A DNA stretch of 64,000 nucleotides from an uncultured Candidatus Poseidoniales archaeon (lineage in GTDB: Archaea; Thermoplasmatota; Poseidoniia; Poseidoniales; Poseidoniaceae), in NCBI GenBank assembly GCA_902605365.1, contig CACLCM010000004.1, forward strand, positions 1,471 to 65,470. The letters are read 5' to 3'. Of this stretch, positions 32,001-39,652 are shown piece by piece. The position numbers were made by a program, and so were the translations under genes. Within the stretch, counting starts at the first letter, position 1. The number at the start of each line of letters is the position of its first letter. The notes below the pieces were generated by a model. The model did not search any database. It was not told the origin of the DNA and saw only the letters and a list, made by a program, of their open reading frames with translations.

Positions 32001-32856
32001 GAAGGCTGCTGAAGAGAAAGCCAAGGCTGAGAAAGAAGCCGCTGACAAGGCTGCCGCTGAAAAGGAAAAATCTGAGAAAGAGGCTGCTGAAGCAAAGGCG
32101 AAAGCCGAGATTGAGGCTGCTGATGCAATGGCAAAGGCTGAGAAAGAGGCTGCTGAAAAGAAACTCAAGGAAGCCGAAGAAAAAGCTGCTGCTGCTGAAG
32201 CAAAGGCAAAGGCTGCTGAAGAGAAGGCTGCTGCTGAAAAGAAAGCTCGTGAAGATTCAGAAGATGCTGCTCGTGTTGCTGCTGAAAAGGCCGCTCAAGA
32301 AAGGCTTGAACAGATGGAGAAAGAGATGGAAGAGCGCCGTAAGAAACTCGATGAAATGGATGAGGCTACTCGTAAGAAAGAGGAAGAACTCATACGTATT
32401 TCTGAGAAGGCTAAGAGCATCGATTTCACCACTCTTGGAGTTGCTGCTAGAAGCACTGTCTCCAAACCAGTTGAAAAGGGCGCTACTGAAGTCACAATGG
32501 GCGATACCTCTGAATTCGATGAAAGCGGCAGTGCTTGGGTCCAAGATGACGAAGGTGGCATGAACATCTCATGGACCGGAAAGACCGCAACTGCATTGAC
32601 CGGTGTTAAGGGCCTCAAGAGAGGCTTCGCCGCTGCAGCAATGATCACAGCCAGCGATGACCTACAAAGAATCAAGGGAGTTGGACCTTTCATCGAGGAT
32701 AAGTTGAATGCTCTTGGAATCTACACTTTCGAACAGGTTGGTAACATGACTTCAGAAATTGAAGAACAAGTTAACATCGCTATCGAATTCTTCCCTGGAA
32801 GAATTAAGAGAGACAAGTGGGCTAAGCAAGCAAAGAAATTCGCTGACCAAAAGTGA
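20044..32856 (+). CDS. Giant (about 4270 aa) membrane-anchored surface protein: RCC1 repeats, TSP3-like Ca repeats, Ig repeats, TM, coiled coil, C-terminal HhH domain
   Basis: Signal peptide; many H(T/S)CA..CWG.N..GQLG repeats; DxDxDG repeats; PALPxGL..G.ISGTP Ig repeats; TM WWICVCFPLLLLLLLIPLIYW; KAAAE-rich coil; DDLQRIKGVGPFIEDKLNALGIYTF. Confidence 0.9.
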   Translation: MRPVSLRTSALMLTLIMVLMPMTPFADQNFKSSDYASEGTGEELNEQIILSAGNTGNADSLAFGLQSGCAIGASGNIKCWGDGSEGQLGLGNTQNIGDSIDETGTDLPFVSLGTNASIDKIVMGEDHSCALFTNGSVKCWGESSVLGLGYSSSNGGFGDGYLETGDTLPFMQFPTGRTATMLEAGKSHTCAVMDNNDLICWGDNSKGQLGLGDTDKRGDATGEIGSNFAVTSVPTGRTIDSMALGWDHTCVVWDNYSVSCWGGNDNGQLGLDSTTDIGDGAAEMGDNLDFLGLPGAASAITAGDGFTCAIIDDSGNDRAFCWGLNDYGQLGIESTTDVGDGSGGSMSSISNADLTYEVLSIDAGEDHVCAIVQFGSYKPVQCWGNGADGRLGYGSQDNRGTGPGSTNGMGSNLPYVRLTSSNTHYAYNVNDVEVGAGTTCVRVANGWNDVICWGDNGIGQLGYGDTEDRGDGQTDLPFTTELNLQLDEEVKENSCNILGVPEQRDELDKRLDSDSSDTGDLISMVEIPTTGCPAIAYYDSGSGNLKFAAYDNGMWSVETLGSDSGVIDVDIVIDADGNPHIVHMTSSGTDRVSYTTKVNGIWTEDTLTGMDGTEELSLSIDSNGDLRLLTVTTTEVVESTCSSSCSSISNWANSNTLVATASIVDSHGGDSVHITSSGLHYSDSLGTPALVSTDVSSAYMAASIDVAPDGTIAVAHTNDVYQTYYSSCSSACTTASSWSTELVSNDTSSQVVLQFDGDGTPWILLTHNTTGATLFSLNDGAWDGQAITAWPGAADSFGMMINSAGYVFTSLHLVSAGELWAVTNPTVAGAGLYVDADGDGWTGMQEISCGTDRMASSSTPGDFDEDGRCDSMDTVNNLPAVGDSSVLTQGADFACAILANGGIECWGTNAYGQLGGSASGASWPTGFEAVDIDAGENHACALSSAGEIMCWGRNNAGQIGTGATSAQESPTVLTLPNNHQAADLAVGANHNCVTTTTSQIYCWGDGGDSQTGEYYVTDPSAGYDDDFEAATIGSDWTLEGSVGQFGTQWALDTTDASSGTNSFKSSGHASSSDIGFSITRMFTSGAVSFDYKTDTCPSLSGCSDRLSFSIDGVEINSSKGQMSNWVTFNSSITAGMHTLRWSFIKDGSSSNDAMGDYVAVDNIQIRTGFRIESGGVVDSPEIMNLDAGGLTDSIVAGERHTCVTNHLDEVWCMGYNGGSSKMVLGNSSTTATNSSSLVKVDIGFGTDSVRSITAGYDTSCAILDNSTQAVCWGQRSDWSDSGATTRSGELLLGSSSPSNSGTVVDLGTAGDRIYSITMGESHACAIVENTIECWGVEESGSFGQGSSTTAAYSTPQTISVPSGLTAKQIVIEHSIDSTCGVFEDSAGASSVICWGDETAVGYSASSPVTTLADSPVEDSNGNEIMPSDDSLSPYDIVDLQSGSSHTCALSRQGLIKCWGGNQQAQLSIPLTSTHLGDDINEMGANLPYIDLGANVTATQLSVGKYHNCVIVQSSVDSSMNGKVMCWGYNQYRQTLYSGSSANHEPTPKIVNAFGNDVSKIAAASEVTCALKTDGEIYCMGRNSERAISSTSYSAGQGTATALEYSTSGKFVDLYASSHSNGAVCATSVTGAIKCWGQGTFVSQTNSNPVVFYDFNGILSSDLSFGNDFACMVVGTTTELHETTSPPTNAGDIVCWGYGSYGQLGTGSQPNIGTNNDILTAKPINFNGTLMSDVESATDHSCAISDSGEVYCWGRGTYGRLGYGNTNSLGDNSNELPFLNAVDLEGSAKLLALTETSTCAAMLDNEVYCWGSGSNGRTGQEHTVHIGDQSNEMGVNLAPTDLHMRPTDYDLDGIIDHWDTDDDDDGTLDVDDDFRLDPCAVLDTDDDGMPDSIYAACSTNLIEDLDDDNDNWNDTDEEACISNSKDSTSVPRDLDGDGTCDYVDTDDDGDGWSDADEQACERKEWGTRNAAQASTSYGQNLHYDSGTGIIFLPNDANHEYQTVGIDNYQRYMKSFAHSPTISQNSVASTTYGSTSQTDFDYESYGQGAYIVNDHQLYYLEYGSGTNFAYTNPSSNLVHTFDNNHDDYYHDISIAPDGTVYMTAHDEIVSISTSNAVTGISYPSGVSNSTTNADYKQISVDSNGDIHLLAYHDLALRIYTWVYDTSSNSWNSGLDAGSGSITDVGPGRSSLTVDSNTQPHIAFMKGSSATDTNSFVTYSYYDNSGSNWITRFTDQTPSGYSGVSLELDSNDNVHLAWVDNGNRTLYHTKLSSISNAQTTTQLIQHGNSGSSYYQGQYGHKNLELVIGAGDDPWIIWTPYSRNNAVYNMVAHYGSPIDSSLDSTVYPGDYDGDGTCDMLEVATLDYGYDSLIFEMEMDISYAPEYPAMMPTGVAISPSLPSGLILNTTTGEISGRVTTSDFAGSTYTISTTSGVEAWSTNVTIKSTMENPLYNGYENLFNNGYSDQSSTKTAFASNGEIVTLERYTNTNSITIDGIAAGGNHDSNDIVLSMREPTGDYLWAKSIRGNSFYIGDVDVDNNGNIYALFQATATSSDPVEFNFDGVTIDTNGKTTVILAKWDYYGNLQWAINTESTGTSSTDSAILSVGVSDETSEMDLDKSTGDVAIVATAKTANDDLKFGGMQVGPFGTCLSTQQPWVAKVNTNGQVQWTAVGTSDPTQCRYSHQHNVVLHHDGSVTSAGNVWTSSGGWDYDFGSASASASSLSSTIGSSWIAHTDSSGNWVWAENVTTNSNSNNANTNHYFTMDKFSDDTLFFAYVSDINYCTKIEFAGSSSSSLPTQYQSSCLHAATMNHTTSDVISLETRIGYSVNHDSYKSDSIYSAVDSDDIAHVLIDMDSGYDLRTTGFDKDLNVAYDVTSTSWSTNHRTTDFGLDNSDSIYFTGYHGSKFMHRTASLLSQCGIENGVYNCPGVDNWDSGQQSLSASSSNVRLYRFFGDFDHEINYNSPSEGTSITFKLIGFHGASPATYTLNNSSGITNSAALPCGLNFNPNNGAITGSPTNGCTDTANETYTITVNLGSSSYAWSRSQSFEVTFGISPALPVVSYNPADTTQSYTRGVAITPIAPTGITNSANLHHFTTYPPLPAGLSVNSTGHITGTPTANQSTATFKVKSCNSWNVCSTGVPFTITIDEPAPVISYPDSEYEFFKDVPITPVVPTSTGGVPSSWEVSPDLPTGMSLRGDGAIIGIPFVDSPATNYTIYANNSGGTGTEVIEITINGTGVFINYPYNTAELAQYSPMMALYPSTSGAAVVSWTIEPALPSGIFFGTNNGTIWGTPNTLTESTVYTINATGVEDYGISTVTISVLLDTDLDSIPDVNDDDIDGDGWSNIDEINCQTDEMDESSYPSDIDQDKICDLLDTSDDRAIIVIYMKDSVELANDSAMNSLIPITAGGDIDTWEIYPALPLGLDFNGTMPGRSTTDTGTISGTPTELSAATVYTIWANNTNSGQSGSFQITLSVLLDSDGDGTPDVYDDDMDGDGWSNEMENLCGEDPVDASSTPIDTDGDGLCNYIDSDDDNDTFIDTDEIMCNSDSEDQFSVPIDDDNDGICDALQSDRDLDGWADGPEESCGSDPDDASSVPVDSDGDMICDSQDDDRDGDYVGNNVDDFPDDRSASKDTDGDGKPDSLSGTSTSDPQLVEDFDDDDDNWEDYKESECGTDPLDESDFPTDSDGDGECDALEDDTDGDGFSDAEDAFPLDSSEWLDTDGDEVGDNADEDDDGDTWSDADEERCGSDSLNAESIPENIEDETTCVTVKTESKDDDDDSSSSTMWWICVCFPLLLLLLLIPLIYWSREKGESLMVLVGMKNGPEPEHTTARPNFVSGSGTKNDPFVLKPGHVENFGDSCESKETITITNLDPESLITITDMASHTNRGRFNMDSILVEGNSDDKGSGAIVFTLKFDDNVTEDDVSGVYNGQIRIGSASVYILWEVKVGDPEADELAEADRRAKELKAQEDAERKAIKEAEAKDKADKKAAEEKAKAEKEAADKAAAEKEKSEKEAAEAKAKAEIEAADAMAKAEKEAAEKKLKEAEEKAAAAEAKAKAAEEKAAAEKKAREDSEDAARVAAEKAAQERLEQMEKEMEERRKKLDEMDEATRKKEEELIRISEKAKSIDFTTLGVAARSTVSKPVEKGATEVTMGDTSEFDESGSAWVQDDEGGMNISWTGKTATALTGVKGLKRGFAAAAMITASDDLQRIKGVGPFIEDKLNALGIYTFEQVGNMTSEIEEQVNIAIEFFPGRIKRDKWAKQAKKFADQK

Positions 32857-34154
32857 AACATATGGAATTAATTTCAGACTTGCTTGATTACTTAGATGGC
32901 TTGCCATTCGGTGCCAAAGTCGCTTTGTGTGTCCTTGGGATTGCGTTAGCATTAACTGGTGCTAGGTATGTTCTAATCAATCCATGGAAGGAGATTGTAA
33001 AAAGCAGTTCTGCAGGTTGGGACGATTTACTACTAGGACCTCTTGCCATTAGATTGAATCTATTCATAATAGCAGGAGGATGCCAATTATCTGCTAAATG
33101 GCTAATCGATTCAGATGTTGATTACAACACACTGCAACCATATTTTGGTGCGACTTACATAATGATTGCAACCTCGATTTCAAGTGTATCAGCAAAATAT
33201 CTGATGCCAGTAATCCTTGAACAATTTCAGAAAAAGGATGCAGTTACCGTTTCGGGAGGAAACCCAATCTTGGTAATTTGTACTCGTGCAGCACTATATT
33301 TTGTGGGCTCATATTTTGCTCTGATTGAACTTGATATCGATTTGTTCGGTATATTTGCATCATTAACATTGATTGCACTTATCATGGGAATTGCAATGCA
33401 GCAAACCATTAGCAACATTGCTAATTCATTCTTATTGGCAGTAGACCAACCATTTGAGGTAGGAGATAGAATAGAAGTTGGAGAAACATTGGGAACAGTA
33501 GTATCAATCGGTGTTCTGTCAACCAAAGTTCTTGACCGTGATGAAAGATTAGTAATCATTCCTAACAATACAATCGTATCTTCAGATATTGTCAACCACG
33601 CAAGAGGTGGTGGAGAAGGTACTGCAAGTCGTAAATCTCTGGTTATGGACATAGGTGTAAGTTATGATGAAGATGTTGACCATGTCAAGTACACTCTACT
33701 CACACTTGCTAGAGATTCTCCTTACTGCTTGGATAATCCAGAGCCAAGAGTTTTGGTAAACCAACTCGATGATTTCACTAAAAATTTCAGGCTTTTTTCA
33801 TGGATTGAAAACTACAATGAAGAGTTCATTGCAAGAGATTGGATTCTGAAATCAATCGATGAGAATTTCAACAGTGAAGGAATATCAATTTCATTCCCTA
33901 CAGAAATTGAAATCGATGGTGAGTTAGCTTCAATCGACCAGTCTGCTAAGGCTGAGCGTCAAAAAATTGCTCGTGAACAGATGGCTATCGAAGATCAGCG
34001 ATTCCAAGAAGATAGAGAAGCGGCACGTCTGCGCCTAAAGGAATTAGAAGATAAGATGCTGAAGGCTCAACTATCTGGTGGCAAGGTTTCAGATTTAGAA
34101 TTTGAAGCACAAGCTCTTGAAGCCGAGTTAGACGCCTATGAAAGCGAAGGCTAA
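32853..34154 (+). CDS. MscS-family mechanosensitive channel, paralog 2
   Basis: GIAMQQTISN, PFEVGDRIE, IIPNN, IGVSY, ISFP. Start overlaps the giant gene's stop (GTGA) or is the ATG at 32862. Confidence 0.92.
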   Translation: MKHMELISDLLDYLDGLPFGAKVALCVLGIALALTGARYVLINPWKEIVKSSSAGWDDLLLGPLAIRLNLFIIAGGCQLSAKWLIDSDVDYNTLQPYFGATYIMIATSISSVSAKYLMPVILEQFQKKDAVTVSGGNPILVICTRAALYFVGSYFALIELDIDLFGIFASLTLIALIMGIAMQQTISNIANSFLLAVDQPFEVGDRIEVGETLGTVVSIGVLSTKVLDRDERLVIIPNNTIVSSDIVNHARGGGEGTASRKSLVMDIGVSYDEDVDHVKYTLLTLARDSPYCLDNPEPRVLVNQLDDFTKNFRLFSWIENYNEEFIARDWILKSIDENFNSEGISISFPTEIEIDGELASIDQSAKAERQKIAREQMAIEDQRFQEDREAARLRLKELEDKMLKAQLSGGKVSDLEFEAQALEAELDAYESEG

Positions 34155-34171
34155 GGAACGTACAAAGTGAC

Positions 34172-34786
34172 CTAAGACGCAGGGCCTCTGATTAGGAAGA
34201 CGACCCATAGTAGTGAGAGCAAGACTCCACAGATTTGGAAGATCCTACGTCCGTGCTTTTCATCACTGAATAGTCCGGATAGGCGGTCTCCGAAGAAGGT
34301 CCAAGCGATCATCGCAGATACGCAAGTTACTAGTGAAACCAAGATGATCACACTAATTCCAACAAAGCCACCACCCAGAGGTTCCATGTATTGACTCATC
34401 ATGATAATGATGAATGCCCATTCCTTACCGTTGACATACTGCATTGCAATACCGGTCTTGATTCCGAGTTTGCCTTCACTAGTTTCTGCTTCGATTTTGG
34501 AGGGGTCAATTCTGAACATTGCCACAACCATCGCACCAAGGAAAACCATTCCAATCCAATGAAGAGCAGTGAGTGCGATTTCATTTCCATCCAGAGAGTT
34601 GACGAGGAATCCGATTATGAGTTCAATCGAGACAAATCCAATTGCCATTCCGGTGATTAGTGTGATATTGGCCTTCTTTCCAAACATGCCACTGTGAGCA
34701 AATGATGTCAGAGCATTAGGCCCGGGAGTCAACAATCCCAAAGCAAGTAAGAGCAACAACTGAAGTAAAGCAGTTGTAGCATCCAT
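34172..34786 (-). CDS. LysE/RhtB-family exporter
   Basis: LTPGPN motif; about six TM segments. Confidence 0.78.
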   Translation of the reverse strand: MDATTALLQLLLLLALGLLTPGPNALTSFAHSGMFGKKANITLITGMAIGFVSIELIIGFLVNSLDGNEIALTALHWIGMVFLGAMVVAMFRIDPSKIEAETSEGKLGIKTGIAMQYVNGKEWAFIIIMMSQYMEPLGGGFVGISVIILVSLVTCVSAMIAWTFFGDRLSGLFSDEKHGRRIFQICGVLLSLLWVVFLIRGPAS

Positions 34787-34840
34787 GATTGCTCTACCCT
34801 ATCATGATAAATAATAATTGAGACAGTTAAACTGTTCAAA

Positions 34841-37800
34841 TCACATGTTACGGCGATACTGTCCACCGACAGCAAACAGTGCATCAGTAATTTGACCAAG
34901 TGAAGCAACCTTGGAAGTTTCCATCAATTCCTCGAATACATTGCCGCCTTCTCTAGCGACCTGCTGTAATCTACTGAGTGCCTCTTCATCGCGAGGAATT
35001 GCCTGAGTTCTCTCAAGACATGCTTGTTTCTCATCAGGGTTAGCACGAGCAAGTTCCATGTCGAACTCGTCTGCGGAATCTTCGTCGAAGTCTGTAGCAT
35101 TTGGATTCAGGAATGTGTTTACACCAATGATAGGTAGTGTTCCATCGTGCTTGAGGTGTTCGTAGTACATGCTTTCATCTTGGATCTTACCACGCTGATA
35201 CATTGTTTCCATAGCACCAAGAACACCGCCTCTGCGAGATAGTGCTTCGAATTCCTGAAGAACTGCTTCCTCAACCAAGTCGGTTAACTCCTCTACGATG
35301 AATGAACCCTGCATAGGGTTCTCCGTCTTTGTCCAACCGCTTTCTTTGTTCACAATCAACTGAATTGCGAGTGCCCTTCTAACCGACTCTTCAGTTGGTG
35401 TAGTAATCGCTTCATCATACGCATTGGTGTGCAGTGAGTTAGCATTGTCCTGAATTGCCAATAATGCTTGCAAGGTAGTACGAATATCATTGAAATCAAT
35501 CTCTTGGGCGTGAAGGCTTCTACCACTGGTCTGAATGTGATACTTGAGCTTCTGACTGCGAGCGTCTGCACCATACAAATCACGCATGGTTACTGCCCAT
35601 ATACGGCGAGCAACTCTTCCAATGACCGTGTATTCTGGGTCTAGGCCATTAGAGAAGAAGAACGAGAGATTTGGTGCAAATTCTGCTACATCCATTCCTC
35701 TGCTTCGGTAATACTCAACATAGGTGAAACCGTTTGCAAGAGTTAGTGCCAACTGTGTAATTGGGTTTGCACCTGCTTCTGCGATGTGGTAGCCGGAAAT
35801 TGAAACCGAGTAGTGGTTGCGTACTCCGTTATCGATGTAGTACTGCTGAACATCTCCCATCATCTTGAGAGCGAAAGGTGTTGAGAAGATACAGGTGTTT
35901 TGGGCTTGATCTTCTTTGAGAATATCAGCCTGAACTGTTCCTCTAACTGTCTGAAGAGTCTTTGCTTTGATTTCTGCATATGTAGCTGCATCTACCATTT
36001 CGTCTCCTCTCTTTCCGACTGTTACAAGACCGAATCCATTGTGACCTTCTGGCAAATCACCACGGTAGCCACTAGCATCTGCTTCTAATTGCAGATGCTT
36101 CTCGACTTGTTGGTCGATTGCTGCATTGAGATAGAATGCAAGAATCACTGGAGCTGGTCCATTGATTGTCATTGAAACTGAGGTATTTGCGTCACACAAA
36201 TCAAATCCAGAATAAAGACGCTTAGCGTCATCTATGCTAGCGATAGAAACACCGGAGTTACCGACCTTACCCCAAATATCTGGGCGACGGTCAGGGTCAC
36301 GCCCATACAGAGTTACACTGTCGAAAGCGGTAGAAAGGCGAACGTAATCTTGGCCTTGTGAAAGAAGGTGGAAGCGACGGTTTGTCCTCTCCCCCTCGCC
36401 TTCTCCGGCAAACATACGAGCACTCAACTCATCGGTTCGCTTGAATGGGAATACTCCTGCTGTGAATGGGAAATGTCCTGGGGCATTCTCTCTTGATATC
36501 CAATTGTACATGTCTCCATCATCGGAATACTTCGGAAGTGCGACACGAGGGATCATCTGATGAGACAAGGATTCAGTAACTGTTGAAACTGTGAATGGCT
36601 TTCCACGAACATAGTAGGTGAATTCGCCACTGGAATATTGCTCTGCCAAATCTCTGAAATCTGAAACGACTTGACTTGCTTCTGCAATCTCTTCACGTAA
36701 TTCCGCTAGATGCTCCTCAACCTCACTCTTGATTGAAGGCAACTCTTTGCTTGCTGTCTCAAGATGTTGCATTACTCGCAACTTCTCTGCAACACTGCCA
36801 TTTTGTGAATGGTAATCGCGAACAACTGAGGATATCTCTGAAAGATAATGCACACGCTCAGGAGGGATTACTCCCTTGCGCTCTCCAATTACACCAATCG
36901 GCTCACTTGCATTGAAATCAACCATTGCGGCTAATTTCTGCCATAGAACATCCACACCGGGGTCTGCAAATTGACTAGCTATTGTAGCAACTACGGGGAG
37001 TTCCAAATCTTCGACATCAAACATGTTACGATTGCGTCTAACTTGTTTTCGAATTGCACGCAGTGCATCTTCACTGCCTCTCTTTTCGTACTTGTTTAGC
37101 ACGACTAAGTCCGCTACATCGAGCATCTCGATTTTCTCTAACTGAGTATGAGCACCGAACTCTGCAGTCATGACATACAATGAACGGTCTGAAACAGTAG
37201 TAATCGCATCACTACCTTGTCCAATTCCGCTTGTCTCACAGAAGATTAAATCGAAGCCAACAGCCTTTGCGGCCTCGATTGCTCTATCGAGGTTAGCACT
37301 GATTTCTGAACCGCTACCTCTGCTCGCTAAAGAGCGCATGAAGAGGTTGTTATTGGAAAGTGAATTCATTCTGATACGGTCGCCTAGTAAAGCACCACCT
37401 GTTCGCTTTCTAGTTGGGTCAACACAGAGTAAGCATACTTTCTTGTCGGGGTTGTCACGAAGAATTCGCAGCATTAATTCGTCCAACAAACTGCTCTTTC
37501 CTGCACCACCTGTACCTGTAAAACCGATTACTGGGACTTCAGAATCGCTAGAGCGAACCTTGTTGAGAGTCTCTTTGAATTCATCATCACTTGCAGATTC
37601 TGATAGAGTCATCAGAAGACCTACTTTGGCCATATCATTCGCCGTAATCGGTCCATCGAGACTTGCTATTCTACTGCCTGCAATCAAGTCGACCTCGCTC
37701 GCAGTACCCATCAAATCGTGAATCATTCCCATTAGTCCCATCTTTCGGCCATCATCTGGAGAATATATTTTGGAAATACCACTCTTGTGTAAATCTCTAA

Positions 37801-38134
37801 TTTCAGGAGGAGTAATTGTTCCACCGCCGCCGCCAAAGATGCGGATGTGCTCACAGCCTGCTTCATCTAGCAATTGACGAATGTAGGTGAAGTACTCCAT
37901 GTGTCCACCTTGGTACGAAGTCAAAGCAACTGCATGTGCGTCTTCCTGAACTGCACAATCGACTACATCTTTCGCCGATCTATCGTGTCCAAGGTGAATA
38001 ACTTCAGCTCCGCTGCTCTGAATCAAACGTCGCATGACGTTAATCGCTGCATCATGACCATCGAATAGGCTTGCAGCAGTGATAACACGAACCGGACCGG
38101 TCGTAGTTTCAAACACCGGCGCCTCCTCCGACAT
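34841..38134 (-). CDS. icmF: Fused isobutyryl-CoA mutase / MeaB-like GTPase (B12-dependent)
   Basis: B12-binding SLFDGHDAAIN, P-loop GTGGAGKSS, GALLGDRIRMN, mutase RMFAGEG, RLSTAFD, HIQTSGRSL. Confidence 0.93.
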   Translation of the reverse strand: MSEEAPVFETTTGPVRVITAASLFDGHDAAINVMRRLIQSSGAEVIHLGHDRSAKDVVDCAVQEDAHAVALTSYQGGHMEYFTYIRQLLDEAGCEHIRIFGGGGGTITPPEIRDLHKSGISKIYSPDDGRKMGLMGMIHDLMGTASEVDLIAGSRIASLDGPITANDMAKVGLLMTLSESASDDEFKETLNKVRSSDSEVPVIGFTGTGGAGKSSLLDELMLRILRDNPDKKVCLLCVDPTRKRTGGALLGDRIRMNSLSNNNLFMRSLASRGSGSEISANLDRAIEAAKAVGFDLIFCETSGIGQGSDAITTVSDRSLYVMTAEFGAHTQLEKIEMLDVADLVVLNKYEKRGSEDALRAIRKQVRRNRNMFDVEDLELPVVATIASQFADPGVDVLWQKLAAMVDFNASEPIGVIGERKGVIPPERVHYLSEISSVVRDYHSQNGSVAEKLRVMQHLETASKELPSIKSEVEEHLAELREEIAEASQVVSDFRDLAEQYSSGEFTYYVRGKPFTVSTVTESLSHQMIPRVALPKYSDDGDMYNWISRENAPGHFPFTAGVFPFKRTDELSARMFAGEGEGERTNRRFHLLSQGQDYVRLSTAFDSVTLYGRDPDRRPDIWGKVGNSGVSIASIDDAKRLYSGFDLCDANTSVSMTINGPAPVILAFYLNAAIDQQVEKHLQLEADASGYRGDLPEGHNGFGLVTVGKRGDEMVDAATYAEIKAKTLQTVRGTVQADILKEDQAQNTCIFSTPFALKMMGDVQQYYIDNGVRNHYSVSISGYHIAEAGANPITQLALTLANGFTYVEYYRSRGMDVAEFAPNLSFFFSNGLDPEYTVIGRVARRIWAVTMRDLYGADARSQKLKYHIQTSGRSLHAQEIDFNDIRTTLQALLAIQDNANSLHTNAYDEAITTPTEESVRRALAIQLIVNKESGWTKTENPMQGSFIVEELTDLVEEAVLQEFEALSRRGGVLGAMETMYQRGKIQDESMYYEHLKHDGTLPIIGVNTFLNPNATDFDEDSADEFDMELARANPDEKQACLERTQAIPRDEEALSRLQQVAREGGNVFEELMETSKVASLGQITDALFAVGGQYRRNM

Positions 38135-38224
38135 GCTCCTACGGAGCATACATTCGTTCATCATGATACCGTTGTAATCAAAGGCCTAGAAGTGGGTGCG
38201 AGTTGTATGCGGCCCCGTTGGATA

Positions 38225-39652
38225 ATGGCTCAACATGAGGTCGCTATCCTCGACGCCAATGCCGAAGCATTAGGCGCCAATATGGATGAGTTGATGACAA
38301 CTGCAGCAGAACATCTTGCGAATGCACTAGACGGAGCCCCCAAACCAATCTGGATATTGTGTGGTCCAGGCAATAATGGTGGAGATGGATTCAGATTAGC
38401 AACTATGCTAGATGAATGCAAGGTTATCGCAACACATGACAAGCAAAAGAATGCCCTTGCTCAAAGGGCTAGAGAGGACTGGAAAGGAGAAATTTACTCA
38501 ATAGAAAACCTGCCATCACAACCCCCTGCTGTGATTGTTGATTGCCTACTTGGCGCTGGCTCACAAGGTAAGCCAAGAGGTGAAATCCTCAAATTGATGG
38601 AAACTATTCCCGGCAGACCAATGGTATTAGCGTGTGATATGCCAACGGGCTGTGGTTCAGGAATTTCGTTCAATGCATTCAGAACCGTTACATTCGAAGC
38701 TCCAAAATCAAACATGATTGACTCGAATGGAAAACTATTGCCTGAAGTGGGAGACTTATTCATAGCACCAATCGGTTGGCCAGAAGAAACTCTAGACCCT
38801 GGGCCGGGAGATCTTCTACGATACCCACACCCACAAGAAGGACAAATCAAAGGGGACAGAGGCAGAGTTCTGATTATTGGAGGAGGTCCATATCATGGAG
38901 CCCCAATTCTTTCAGGAATGGCTGCAGCAAGAATGGGGGTTGACCTAGTTCATGTTGCAATGCCAAAGTCAGCCACTGCCAGGGCAAAGTGGCCTAGTGA
39001 ATTGATTCAAGAACCGATGACAGACCAAGAAATAATCACAGATGTTTCTGGATTGGTCAAACGTTGCATGACAGGAAGAGGAGTTCAGGCGATGGTCATA
39101 GGTCCGGGAATGGGCGATGCTCCTGAATCATTAGAGGCTGTCAAAATGCTAATCCAATCAACTCCAAATATTCCCAAAGTAATCGATGCAGACGCAATCA
39201 AAGCGTTGGAAGGCTGGCCTCAACACCTAGTTGGAGTCGTTACTCCTCACCAAAAGGAATTGGAAAACTGGATTGGAGATATTGAATCAGTACCAGAATT
39301 ACTCACCGGTTCTGGAGAAAGAAGAGTCGTTATTCGAACCGGAGCAGAGGATATCATCATTGGCTCTGCTGGGCGCGGAGGGTTATGTAAAGGTGGAAAT
39401 CCGCGCATGTCAATGGGGGGAACCGGAGACCTTCTTGCGGGTAGCATAGGCGGCTTACTGGGGCTTGGATTATCTCCTTGGAGTGCAGCAAGACTCGGTG
39501 TCCACCTAATGCGAGTTGCTGGAAAATTGGCTGAGAAAGAAATGGGACCAGGTATGGTAGCGGATGATATACCGCCTTATCTGTCAAGGGCACTGATCAC
39601 AGGACCGGTTCTTCTCCGTCCACAAGGGCAGGAAGGCCTTTCTTCTTCCTGA
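38225..39652 (+). CDS. nnr: Bifunctional NAD(P)H-hydrate epimerase/dehydratase
   Basis: CGPGNNGGDG, DCLLGAG, IGPGMG, VIDADA, TPH..E, GGTGDLLAG. Confidence 0.9.
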   Translation: MAQHEVAILDANAEALGANMDELMTTAAEHLANALDGAPKPIWILCGPGNNGGDGFRLATMLDECKVIATHDKQKNALAQRAREDWKGEIYSIENLPSQPPAVIVDCLLGAGSQGKPRGEILKLMETIPGRPMVLACDMPTGCGSGISFNAFRTVTFEAPKSNMIDSNGKLLPEVGDLFIAPIGWPEETLDPGPGDLLRYPHPQEGQIKGDRGRVLIIGGGPYHGAPILSGMAAARMGVDLVHVAMPKSATARAKWPSELIQEPMTDQEIITDVSGLVKRCMTGRGVQAMVIGPGMGDAPESLEAVKMLIQSTPNIPKVIDADAIKALEGWPQHLVGVVTPHQKELENWIGDIESVPELLTGSGERRVVIRTGAEDIIIGSAGRGGLCKGGNPRMSMGGTGDLLAGSIGGLLGLGLSPWSAARLGVHLMRVAGKLAEKEMGPGMVADDIPPYLSRALITGPVLLRPQGQEGLSSS

